Positions 39,944-52,714 of a DNA stretch of 64,000 bases are shown here, piece by piece; the stretch's first letter is position 1; each line of letters starts with the position of its first letter. Source of the DNA: Eledone cirrhosa (Eukaryota); NCBI GenBank assembly GCA_964016885.1, contig OZ024747.1, positions 65,100,001 to 65,164,000 on the forward strand. The letters run 5' to 3'. Both the position numbers and the translations under genes were made by a program. The notes beneath the pieces are model-generated. The model saw only the letters and a program-made list of their open reading frames with translations, was not told the DNA's origin and did not search any database.

Positions 39944-41075
39944 ATATATATATATATTATGCTATGTGCTACTTCAGTATGTATGACTTCAATACAAGAC
40001 TATAGTGTGTACTAATGCCACAACAACAGCACCCAGTCGACCCTGTAAGCTGGTAATGTTGGAGTCATGATACATCACATTACAGTCATTATATGTTTTA
40101 GTGAAGAAAACTTATAATATATATTTGCTTCACAAACTTACTATATAGTTTTTGTGAGTATGTCTTTCAATGTTACTGAACCTATGACTATAATGATAGA
40201 AAATGGAGCTTAAGCTCAAACTGTCATAACAACAAAAATGGTTACATTTTAATTATGCATCAGATTAAGGCGGTGGATTGGCAGTATCGGTAGAGGGTCG
40301 GACGTCATGCTTTCCAGCATAGTTACATCCCTTTACGATCTGAGTTCAAATCCCGCCGAAGTTAACTTTGCCTTTCATCCTTACAGGGTCGATAAAATAA
40401 AGTACCAGTAATGCACTGATTAATTGCTGGCCTTGTGCCAAAAGTAGAAACAATTATACATCAGATTGGCCAGAGTTGTCCTGGGGCTATTCAACAGCAA
40501 ACAAAAAAATAGTTATGGTTATGGATGAACCATTTTTAATTATAAGTCTGCTTGACCAAGCTTAATCTATGGCTATTCAACAATAACATCAAACAAACAA
40601 ATAAAAGCAAAAGATCACAGCTTCTGCCTTCTTTTAAAAATAATATACTAAATTTAAAAGAGATTACTGTATCTTTTGAGGAGAAAAGTAAAAAACCTAA
40701 TTACATAAGTGAAATCAAATAAAGAATCGTTCCATGTCTGTTTTGATTTGAAAATTAAAGTACAAATACTTCAAGAATTATTCATTTACATATACAATAC
40801 AAAACAACTGTTATTGTAAACTCAAGTCAAAAATTGTATACAATTGTCTGATTTCCTTAAGAAATTACAATTGTTATTCTAGCAAACATCTTCAACATAT
40901 TTATTTCTTTACTTAACTTTCATTAATTCTCCTTTCATTAACATTTTATTTACTGTCTCCATTTTACTAAAAGTAGTAATTTTATAGAAGGAGAAAGAAT
41001 AAAGAGATTGGTATTGAATTATCTCAGACATCCCAAATATAATTGTATTGTATGGCGTAGAATATTGAAATATAC

Positions 41076-41142
<67 letters not shown>

Positions 41143-41183
41143 AACCCATGCAAGCGTGGAAGATGATGATGACACACACACAC

Positions 41184-41214
<31 letters not shown>

Positions 41215-41227
41215 TATATATATATAT

Positions 41228-41296
<69 letters not shown>

Positions 41297-41297
<1 letters not shown>

Positions 41298-41643
41298 TGT
41301 TGGATGTGCAATGTAAATGTGAGAGAAAGGCACAGCTTAGATGAACTAAGGGAGAAAATGGATTCAAGGGGAATCCGAGATGGAGTGCAGGAAAGAAGAC
41401 TGCATTGGTATGGACATGTGATGCACATGGACACTGACCAATCGGTGAAGAAATGTCAGTGGAAGGATGTTGCAGTAGAGGATGACCAAGAAAGGCATGG
41501 ACAAAGGTTGTGAGAGCTGACCTCAAATCGCTAAGCCTGGAAGAGAAAATGATGAAGGAACATGATAAGTGTAGAGATATCATGCTGAGAAAAACCTGTC
41601 TAGTCCATGCAAGCATGGAAAAGCACACGTAAAATGATGTTGA
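41297..41643 (+). mobile_element. Old RTE 3' fragment
   Basis: WMCNVNVRERHSLDELREK...RRLHWYGHVM. Confidence 0.8.
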
Positions 41644-41685
41644 TATATATAAAAAAGAAAATTTCGCTCTACATGGCTGAATACA

Positions 41686-42024
41686 ATAAATGTAATCTGA
41701 GTTTTCGAATATTAATAATAACATTCGATTTGTTTGCAATTATGCAAACAAGCCTCAATTTTATAGCCATGTCAGTAGAATGAACACTTCATTCTTGCTC
41801 TTATGTTGGCATGTGACCAGAACTGCAGACACTAATGTTTCTGGGTATCATCCTTCATCAGTACAGCTCACCGTGAAACGTCTGAGTTCTGTTTGCCTGC
41901 CAACATAAGAGCAAGAATGAAGTGTTCATTCTACTGACATGGCTATAAAATTGAGGCATGTTTGCATAATTGCAAATGAATCGAATGTTATTATTAATAT
42001 TCGAAAAACTCAGATTACATTTAT
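41686..42024. mobile_element. Fold-back insert with an HHR in its loop
   Basis: Inverted arms 41686-41811 / 41898-42024, ending in (TA)n. Confidence 0.8.
41820..41869 (-). ncRNA. Type I hammerhead ribozyme
   Basis: GAGCUGUA CUGAUGA AGGAUGAUACCCA GAA ACA-UUAG-UGU C UGCAGUUC; 8 bp stem I, GUC triplet, weak stem II. Confidence 0.75.
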
Positions 42025-42048
42025 TTATATATATATATATGTATTTAA

Positions 42049-42131
<83 letters not shown>

Positions 42132-42890
42132 TAGAGGATATACGCAGACTAGAGAGGAACGAAGCTTGCATGCTCCGCTGGATGTGTAACAGTAATATAC
42201 GTGAACGGCAAAGCATAAACGAACTAAGGAAAAAATTAGAGATAAGAGGGATCAGATGTTGTTTACTCGAGAGAAGGCTACGTTGGTATGGACACGTGAT
42301 GCGCATGAAAGTCGATAGCTGTATAACAAATTGCAGGGCAATAAAGATAGACGGTAGTCACGGAATAGGCAGACCTAGAAAAACCTGGGACGAGCTGATA
42401 AACTCCGACATCACACACTTACACCTCTCCAAGACAATGTCACTGGACCGAGACCTTTGGCGGTACTCAGTAACAGAGAAGACCCGCCTTACCTAAATAT
42501 ATAGTAAAACCTACTCCAGCCAGTAGGCATCTCTAACAAAATACACCCCGTCCCACCACCACCACCCCCACCCCATCCACACCACCCCGTTCTATGTAAA
42601 GTTATGTTGGTGCCGCGCCATCGAGGCCGAAACAAATGAGATCGTGTAGGTGTCACGACAAAAAAACACACAGTCCACGCTGTAATGTGGCCGTGTAGGC
42701 AACACGGTAAAAACCTCCCAGACCCACACTGTAAATGTGGTTGGTGTTAGGAAGGGCATCCAACTGTAGAAAACCTGCCAGACAGTCCTATGCGAGCAAG
42801 ACAATCACTCTTGCCTCAAGTGGGACTACCCCCGTCCAAACCCATGCAACGTGGAACACGGACGTTAAACGTTGATGATGATGATGATGA
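42132..42890 (+). mobile_element. Young 5'-truncated RTE LINE
   Basis: Protein differs from the 13641-14004 copy by one residue (K to N); (GAT)n tail. Confidence 0.95.
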
Positions 42891-43480
42891 TATATGGAGA
42901 ATATGGTGACTGTGTAGTTGCTAGTTAAGTTAGGCTTAAAAATTCAGTGGTCTCCTGGGGGTCTCGGATATTTCAACGCTTTAAAGCATTTCTTCTTACT
43001 CTATTCCATTTTAAAGCCTATATATATGTGTGTGTGTGTGTGTGTGTGCGTATATATATATGAAAATTGAAATTGAAAGATTCGATATACTATTTGACTA
43101 AGTAAAATAGTCTTATAATGGTGTTTATAAACCCCATGAATGTAAAATATGGCTCCATACATGGGATCTGTACCCATCCTTTTGCATTCATATGCCATAT
43201 TATTAGATTGGTGGATTGGCAGTATTGGTAGAGGGTCGGATGTCATGCTTTGACGCATAGAGTTACGGCCCTTGCCATTCTGAGTTCAAATCCCTCCGAG
43301 GTTAACTTTGCCTTTCATCCTTACGGAGTCGATAAAATAAAGTACCAGTAATGCACTGGATAATTGTTGGCCTTGTGCCAAAAGTAGAAACAATTATTAG
43401 ACTATTATATTTAGTCAAAAAGTTACAGTGAAGCTTCCAATTTCAATTTCCAAACTTTGCTTACTGCTTTCTAATCATTC

Positions 43481-43522
<42 letters not shown>

Positions 43523-43871
43523 GGCGCTGTTGAGTTTGCTTGCAACATTGTGCATTGAGCAAAAGAAGGTATGTAATTTGATTTGAAGGCTGCGATAGTG
43601 AGAAAGGTATGGAATGATTTAAGATAACAGAAGGTAACAAAGATGCTGTATGTTACCTGTCCTTTATTCAAATATGACTTTAATTTGAAAACATCAGATA
43701 TTGACATGTATGATATCAATAAATGCCAGATATTGACATGTATGATGTAATAAACATCAGATGTTCCTCAGTGTTATCTTTTATAGCATGATGACAACAT
43801 TGCTGTGAGATCAGATAGAGTTAGAGTGACTAATGTATTTTTTATAATTATTGTGAAACAGAAGCAACCTA

Positions 43872-46800
43872 TCTCTGTGGTGTATGTTGATGTCTGTGCC
43901 TTAACTCGGACATATCTGTGGTGTAGTGTTGATGTCTGTATCTTAACTAAGACATATCTGTGGTGTAGTGTTGAAGTCTGTGTCTTAACTAAGACATATC
44001 TGTGGTGTAGTGTTGATGTCTGTGTCTTAACTAGGACATATCTGTGGTGTAGTGTTGATGTCTGTGTCTTAACTAAGACATATCTGTGGTGTAGTGTTCA
44101 TGTGTGCGTCTTAACTAGGACATATCTGTGGTGTAGTGTTGATGTCTGTATCTTAACTAAGACATATCTGTGGTGTAGTGTTGAAGTCTGTGTCTTAACT
44201 AAGACATATCTGTGGTGTAGTGTTGATGTCTGTGTCTTAACTAGGACATATCTGTGGTGTAGTGTTGATGTCTGTGCCTTAACTCGGACATATCTGTGGT
44301 GTAGTGTTGATGTCTGTGTCTTAACTAGGACATATCTGTGGTGTAGTGTTGATGTCTGTGTCTTAACTAGGACATATCTGTGGTGTAGTGTTGATGTCTG
44401 TGTCTTAACTAAGACATATCTGTGGTGTAGTGTTGATGTCTGTGTCTTAACTAAGACATATCTGTGGTGTAGTGTTGATGTCTGTGTCTTAACTAGGACA
44501 TATCTGTGGTGTAGTGTTGGTGTCTGTGTCTTAACTAGGACATATCTGTGGTGTAGTGTTGATGTCTGTCTTAACTAAGACATATCTGTGGTGTAGTGTT
44601 GAAATCTGTGTCTTAACTAAGACATATCTGTGGTGTAGTGTTGAAGTCTGTGTCTTAACTAAGACATATCTGTGGTGTAGTGTTGATGTCTGTGTCTTAA
44701 CTAGGACATATCTGTGGTGTAGTGTTGATGTCTGTGTCTTAACTAGGACATATCTGTGGTGTAGTGTTGGTGTCTGTGTCTTAACTAGGACATATCGGTG
44801 GTGTAGTGTTGATGTCTGTGTCTTAACTAGGACATATCTGTGGTGTAGTGTTGGTGTCTGTGTCTTAACTAGGACATATCGGTGGTGTAGTGTTGGTGTC
44901 TGTGTCTTAACTAGGACATATCTGTGGTGTAGTGTTGAAGTCTGTGTCTTAACTAGGACATATCTGTGGTGTAGTGTTGATGTCCCGTGTCTTAACTAGG
45001 ACATATCTGTGGTGTAGTGTTGGTGTCTGTGTCTTAACTAGGACATATCTGTGGTGTAGTGTTGATGTCCCGTGTCTTAACTAAGACATATCTGTGGTGT
45101 AGTGTTGAAGTCTGTGTCTTAACTAGGACATATCTGTGGTGTAGTGTTGGTGTCTGTGTCTTAACTAGGACATATCTGTGGTGTAGTGTTGGTGTCTGTG
45201 TCTTAACTAAGACATATCTGTGGTGTAGTGTTGATGTCTGCGTCTTAACTAGGACATATCTGTGGTGTAGTGTTGATGTCTGTGTCTTAACTAGGACATA
45301 TCTGTGGTGTAGTGTTGATGTCTGTGTCTTAACTAAGACATATCTGTGGTGTAGTGTTGATGTCTGCGTCTTAACTAGGACATATCTGTGGTGTAGTGTT
45401 GATGTCTGTGTCTTAACTAGGACATATCTGTGGTGTAGTGTTGATGTATGTGTCTTAACTAAGACATATCTGTGGTGTAGTGTTGATGTCTGCGTCTTAA
45501 CTAGGACATATCTGTGGTGTAGTGTTGATGTCTGTGTCTTAACTAGGACATATCTGTGGTGTAGTGTTGATGTCTGTGTCTTAACTAGGACATATCTGTG
45601 GTGTAGTGTTGGTGTCTGTGTCTTAACTAGGACATATCTGTGGTGTAGTGTTGATGTCTGTGTCTTAACTAGGACATATCTGTGGTGTAGTGTTGATGTC
45701 TGCGTCTTAACTAGGACATATCTGTGGTGTAGTGTTGATGTCTGTGTCTTAACTAGGACATATCTGTGGTGTAGTGTTGATGTCTGCGTCTTAACTAGGA
45801 CATATCTGTGGTGTAGTGTTGATGTCTGTGTCTTAACTAAGACATATCTGTGGTGTAGTGTTGATGTCTGCGTCTTAACTAGAACATATCTGTGGTGTAG
45901 TGTTGAAGTCTGTGTCTTAACTAAGACATATCTGTGGTGTAGTGTTGAAGTCTGTGTCTTAACTAAGACATATCTGTGGTGTAGTGTTGAAGTCTGTGTC
46001 TTAACTAAGACATATCTGTGGTGTAGTGTTGATGTCTGTGTCTTAACTAAGACATATCTGTGGTGTAGTGTTGAAGTCTGTGTCTTAACTAAGACATATC
46101 TGTGGTGTAGTGTTGAAGTCTGTGTCTTAACTAAGACATATCTGTGGTGTAGTGTTGATGTCTGTGTCTTAACTAAGACATATCTGTGGTGTAGTGTTGA
46201 TGTCTGTGTCTTAACTAGGACATATCTGTGGTGTAGTGTTGAAGTCTGTGTCTTAACTAAGACATATCTGTGGTGTAGTGTTGATGTCTGTGTCTTAACT
46301 AAGACATATCTGTGGTGTAGTGTTGATGTCTGTGTCTTAACTAGGACATATCTGTGGTGTAGTGTTGAAGTCTGTGTCTTAACTAAGACATATCTGTGGT
46401 GTAGTGTTGATGTATGTGTCTTAACTAAGACATATCTGTGGTGTAGTGTTGATGTCTGTGTCTTAACTAAGACATATCTGTGGTGTAGTGTTGATGTCTG
46501 TGTCTTAACTAAGACATATCTGTGGTGTAGTGTTGATGTCTGTGTCTTAACTAAGACATATCTGTGGTGTAGTGTTGATGTCTGTGTCTTAACTAAGACA
46601 TATCTGTGGTGTAGTGTTGATGTCTGTGTCTTAACTAGGACATATCTGTGGTGTAGTGTTGATGTCTGTGTCTTAACTAGGACATATCTGTGGTGTAGTG
46701 TTGATGTCTGTGTCTTAACTAAGACATATCTGTGGTGTAGTGTTGATGTCTGTGTCTTAACTAAGACATATCTGTGGTGTAGTGTTGATGTCTGTGTCTT

Positions 46801-47963
46801 AACTAGGACATATCTGTGGTGTAGTGTTGATGTCTGTGTCTTAACTAGGACATATCTGTGGTGTAGTGTTGATGTCTGCGTCTTAACTAGGACATATCTG
46901 TGGTGTAGTGTTGATGTCTGTGTCTTAACTAGGACATATCTGTGGTGTAGTGTTGATGTCTGCGTCTTAACTAGGACATATCTGTGGTGTAGTGTTGATG
47001 TCTGTGTCTTAACTAAGACATATCTGTGGTGTAGTGTTGATGTCTGCGTCTTAACTAGAACATATCTGTGGTGTAGTGTTGAAGTCTGTGTCTTAACTAA
47101 GACATATCTGTGGTGTAGTGTTGAAGTCTGTGTCTTAACTAAGACATATCTGTGGTGTAGTGTTGAAGTCTGTGTCTTAACTAAGACATATCTGTGGTGT
47201 AGTGTTGATGTCTGTGTCTTAACTAAGACATATCTGTGGTGTAGTGTTGAAGTCTGTGTCTTAACTAAGACATATCTGTGGTGTAGTGTTGAAGTCTGTG
47301 TCTTAACTAAGACATATCTGTGGTGTAGTGTTGATGTCTGTGTCTTAACTAAGACATATCTGTGGTGTAGTGTTGATGTCTGTGTCTTAACTAGGACATA
47401 TCTGTGGTGTAGTGTTGAAGTCTGTGTCTTAACTAAGACATATCTGTGGTGTAGTGTTGATGTCTGTGTCTTAACTAAGACATATCTGTGGTGTAGTGTT
47501 GATGTCTGTGTCTTAACTAGGACATATCTGTGGTGTAGTGTTGAAGTCTGTGTCTTAACTAAGACATATCTGTGGTGTAGTGTTGATGTATGTGTCTTAA
47601 CTAAGACATATCTGTGGTGTAGTGTTGATGTCTGTGTCTTAACTAAGACATATCTGTGGTGTAGTGTTGATGTCTGTGTCTTAACTAAGACATATCTGTG
47701 GTGTAGTGTTGATGTCTGTGTCTTAACTAAGACATATCTGTGGTGTAGTGTTGATGTCTGTGTCTTAACTAAGACATATCTGTGGTGTAGTGTTGATGTC
47801 TGTGTCTTAACTAGGACATATCTGTGGTGTAGTGTTGATGTCTGTGTCTTAACTAGGACATATCTGTGGTGTAGTGTTGATGTCTGTGTCTTAACTAAGA
47901 CATATCTGTGGTGTAGTGTTGATGTCTGTGTCTTAACTAAGACATATCTGTGGTGTAGTGTTG
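43872..47963. repeat. 42 bp minisatellite, ~97 copies
   Basis: Unit gacatatctgtggtgtagtgttgatgtctgtgtcttaactaa/g. Confidence 0.98.
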
Positions 47964-48876
47964 CTATCTGTGGGATATCTAAGATATGGTAAAACAAGCT
48001 CAATAATGAGAATGCTAATTCTTGATTATTTTCAAAATTTTTTGAAAGCCATAAACAGTATCTTTTGATAGAAATATTGAAATGAGAGGGTTAAAAATGG
48101 AATTTTATCACATTTGTGTCTCTTAAAATATCAATTTAAAATTCAATCTAAAATTTGAAATCCAATCATAATTATATTTTAAAATAGACTCATAGAGAAT
48201 AGCTCAAACTTGCAAATTAAAACTGAATCATGAACTACAATGTAATGGCAATGCAAAGGATTTCTTTGATACATATACAGAGTATCCTTAAGTAACACAG
48301 TTGTTTTTAGTAATCAGCAATTTTCTACTGTATATTTTATAATTCATGCATGTTTTGTTAGTCTTCAGTATTGCCTTCAAGTTATATTACTGTATTGTCA
48401 GTATGCTACAAAAATGGTAGATTTTCTCTATTCCTACACTAATGTCCTAGTATAGCAAAACTGTTACCAAACATACAGATCAACCCTCATATAACATAAA
48501 CAATGAAAGATATTTCACAGTTTTACTTTTGATATTTAACCCTTTAGCATTTAAACCAGCTGTGTCCAGCCAGAATTCTCTTAAATATTTCTGTTCAAAC
48601 TGGCTGTAACCGGGCACTCATACTGATGTTAAAATATTGTTCGCAAAATAAATAATATCAAAATCTCATAGATTCGATATTATATGCGATAAAGTCTTTA
48701 CTGTGAAAATACAATAGTAAATACAGAGTAATGTAAATGGCAAATTATGTGAGGTAAACTTTTACCACAAAAGTATTATAGTATATATAGAGTTATGTAA
48801 ATGCTAAAGGGTTAAATCAACTACAAAAAACAAACTCTTTGAAACTAACGTGTAAGACAAAAAAGTATTTACTCAC

Positions 48877-49168
48877 TGGCAAGGAATAACTTCTCTGTCG
48901 AGTTTTAGGTTGCTGTGATACTAGTTGTGTTTCCATAGCACGCAAATATTTCATGTCATTGTTCTTTAACATTTCTATATCCAGATTGTCCCAGATCATG
49001 CTTTTCTCATCATCCCATGTGTCACTGAATACTTGTGGTGTTGGTTTTCGGGAGAGGCTGTCTAAAGTGTGTTGTGAAGGTATTGTGACCAACTGTTGGT
49101 AGTAGTAAACCTTCTCGTTCTTCAAATCAAATAAACTTTGCAGAAAATATTTGTCACTGAGCAAACCT
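48877..49168 (-). CDS. CFAP65: CFAP65-like exon D (GLLSDKYFLQSL...RQRSYSLP)
   Basis: ttttctag acceptor and gtgagt donor; 292 nt, phase 2 to 0. The spliced junction gives ILSDILRGLLSDKYF, resembling recalled CFAP65 ILTTIIRGLLEDKNF. Confidence 0.88.
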
Positions 49169-49738
49169 CTAGAAAATAGTAAAACACATTGTCATAACAT
49201 CAGATAATCATCATCGTTTAACGTCTTTATACTTTGAAATTATTATCATCATCATCATCATCAGTGTTATGATGGTGCGACACAACTGTTTTCTATATCT
49301 GTATGAAACGAGGGTAAAACCCAAGGGGTAAAACCCAAAGTATTCACCAGGAGTAATTCCAAACTACCAGTAATTCCAAGTCCACTTTTAATTGCGCAGG
49401 AGTATTCATTGTTTTTTCCCTGACAACAATCATCATCATCGTTATCATCATAATTATCATTTTACATCCACTTTCCATGCTGGCATGGCCTGGACAAGTT
49501 TTTGTGGTCTGAGATTAGATCGGTTGAACTGAACTCATCCTGTCCATACATTCCACACTTGTATATGTATGTAAAACGTAAATGGAAGATAACATAGCTA
49601 GTAATGAAGATATATATTAGTTTAATACTTGATATAGCAAACATAGAGTCTTAATGTTACAGACATTAGGCCTTTATCAGAATGAGATTGAGAAATAAAA
49701 GAAGCGATAAAGATAAAAGGGAGTGAAATTTATATATA

Positions 49739-49790
<52 letters not shown>

Positions 49791-49827
49791 TATATATAAA
49801 TTTCACTCCCTTTTATCTTTATCGCTT

Positions 49828-49870
<43 letters not shown>

Positions 49871-50469
49871 TTATGGACCGTGACAAGTGGAGAGATGCTG
49901 TGCTGAATAAGACCCGTCCCACACTTGCAAGCAGGGAAAAGTGGACGTAAAATGATGATGATGATGATGATGATATATGTATGCGTATATATATACATGT
50001 GTGTGTATATGTGTGTGCGCACACACGTTTAATGATATCTATATGTATGTTTTTATATACACCATGGAATTACTTTTGTAGAAATGGTAACTATTGATAA
50101 AATTTCCATTGAACATATCTTTTCCAATTTCATTTTTTTCTATTACATATTCTTTTATTAATAAATCTACATCTCTTCCCAACAACTTGCATATACATGT
50201 TTGATGTGAGAATTTTCATAGCTGGCACATGATAGCCTGCTCAAACCATGGAAGCATGGAAATGCGCTCATGAAATAATTGTTTCTACTTTAGGCACAAG
50301 GCCAGTAAATATCCAGTGTATTACTGGTACTTTATTTTATCGACCCCGTAAGGATGAAAGGCAAAGTAAACCTCGGCGGGATTTGAACTCAGACCGTAAA
50401 GGGACGTAACTATGCTGGAAAGCATGCGCTCATGAAATAATAGTGAGAAAGTTGATTTCTAAAATTATC

Positions 50470-50822
50470 CTTCTTTGCCAACTTATTACTGAGAGAGTCA
50501 TGGGGGCAGAGTCTCCAAACACTCCTTCCAGCAGATCCTGTCAGAAGCAACTGTCTCCAACTGATATGGCTGAATCCCCAAGTGAGACCAGCCAAGCTCG
50601 TAGATGTTATCCAACCATTTTGCTCGGGGTCTACCCTAGGTCTCTTGCCGGTAGGTTTTGCCCGTAAAATCTGTCCAACAAATCTTTCCTGAGACGATCT
50701 AACCACATGCCAATAGTATCTGTGCTGTGATCTCTCAATTTGGAGAAGTAGCGGCTCTACCTGGAGTGACTCTCTGATCTCCGAGCTACACACGCTATCA
50801 AGTAACATTACTCCAAAGACCT
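50470..50822 (-). mobile_element. Old RTE-like LINE 3' fragment (related pieces at 60385-60780)
   Basis: IRESLQVEPLLLQIERSQ.R..WHVVR...PTGKRPR. Confidence 0.7.
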
Positions 50823-51084
50823 TACAGATTTCTAAAATCAGATTTAAAATTCAATCTGTAATTTGAAATCCAATCATAATTATATTTTAAAATCAATTTC
50901 ATTATCCAATCTCCACAAAAATTTATTGAAGTTTTTATAACTTTTAAACTGAAACATTTCAAAGGAAAAACTTGAATAAGAAATTCCCATAAATATATAT
51001 ACATCTTGTAGAGTTTAATTAAAAACAAACACACATGCGCACTCACATTCACACACACACATATACATGTATATATAAACATAC

Positions 51085-51115
<31 letters not shown>

Positions 51116-52606
51116 TATGTGCGAAAGAAAGTGTCGTGCTCAAGGTGTGGTTTCCTTGAGCAAGACACTTTATTTCACATTGCTCCAGTTTACTCAGCTG
51201 TAGAAATGAGATGATAGGACTGGAGTCCCAATCATTCCACTGCAAAGTGATCGTGGAGGTGCCACGGCAAAAAATAAAAAGCACCCAGCACTCACTGTAA
51301 ATGAGGTTGGTGTTAGGAAGGGCATCCAGCTGTAGAAAGCAAGCCAGAATCAGTTCCTGTATAAGCAAGACAAGGTCAGCCGACCGGACACTGCCCACAA
51401 CAGGACAACCCATCTAACCCATGCTAGCGTGGAAGAATGGATGTAAAATGGTGATGATGATGATGATGATGATATATATGCAGACATACATGAAAAAACA
51501 CTTTTTTCTGTTTTTTTCCTCTTATTTCTCTAGCCTAACTTTCTATTTATTCTATCTCTCATTCTATATTCTGGTGAAGGACAAATAGCTGAAATTTAAG
51601 ACCTTTCCCTACTTTTTCAAGTGTTAAACTAATATATATCATCATTGTACTGTATTGTTCTCAGTATTGTTTTCCCTCATTGACTATTCACACACACACA
51701 CGCACACATATGTGTTTGTGTGTCTATGTGTCTATGTGTCTATGTGTGTGTGTCTGTGTGTATATAAAACAAAGAGGGTGTGGTAAGATACCAAGTGGAC
51801 CATAACACACAAGAGTACTCAATACTTAGGGTAGTAGAGTGGGTAATAGGAAAAGAGTCAGGACCCCAACAGCTGAGCTCAGCCATCGGGGGCCTGACTC
51901 TTTTCCTATATATATATACATATAAACAAGTTTGTTTTGAAACAGCGAGTGAGTTTGAAAATGGAGTGAGTACATACATGCATACATATATATATATAGA
52001 CACCTGTATGGATTTGTGTGTGTAGATGTGTGAGTGTTTGAGGGGGTAGGTGTGAGTGTATGTACAAGTCAACCAGCATAATCCTTTTATTTCTAAATTT
52101 TCTAAACTATCTAAGTATTGGACTCTAACCATTATTTTAAGTATTACCACCCCACATTTTGTATGTGTGGATGTGCGTGTGTGTCTGTGGAGGTGGGTGT
52201 GAGTGTAGTGCAAGCCAACCTACATAAGTCTTTTTATTTGTAAATTTTCTACTCCAACCATAAATTTCAGTAGCACCACTCCACATAAATTCCTCAATTT
52301 AAGAATAACCTGTAGTATCTATTTCATACTATTAACCTTAATTGAATATATATCTGACCAGGAATGCTTTTTGTGAAAATCCGTCATATGGAACTATTGT
52401 CATCTTGCCTGATGGTTTGAACTTTACAAAACCACCTGCCTCTTTGAGGTCAAATACCAACCCTACTAGCATCTACAAACTGACCAATGAGAATCAAGAC
52501 TATTCCTGCTGACAACATTAAATTATTCCTAACAAGCTCATATGTCCCAAGGCTCTGATACCATCAACACTATAAACACAGAGCTGGCATATCTAAGAAC
52601 TGACTA

Positions 52607-52662
52607 ACTGCCTGATGAGGTCATAGCCATTCAATGGCTATCATCGAAATATATATAGCAGT
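52607..52662 (+). ncRNA. Type I hammerhead ribozyme at the 3' end of a probable PLE relic
   Basis: ACUGC CUGAUGA GGU-C-AUAGCCAU-UCA-AUGGCUAU-C-AUC GAA AUAUAUAU A GCAGU, followed by AATAAA. Confidence 0.8.
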
Positions 52663-52714
52663 AAATAAAGGATTATGAGTTCATGCAATTGACTTATGTT
52701 TCGTCACTATATCT

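Noticed and set aside
40913-40966. Candidate exon KMETVNKMLMKGELMKV
   Set aside because: Phase 2 to 2 is incompatible with the flanking phase 0 junctions.
43657-43802. Candidate exon with good splice signals
   Set aside because: Stop codons in all three frames.
45034-48003. 977 aa and 989 aa ORFs as protein-coding genes
   Set aside because: Products of a 42 bp stop-free unit; frameshifts occur near 44570 and 44985-45070; the array is intronic to CFAP65 and shows no domain.
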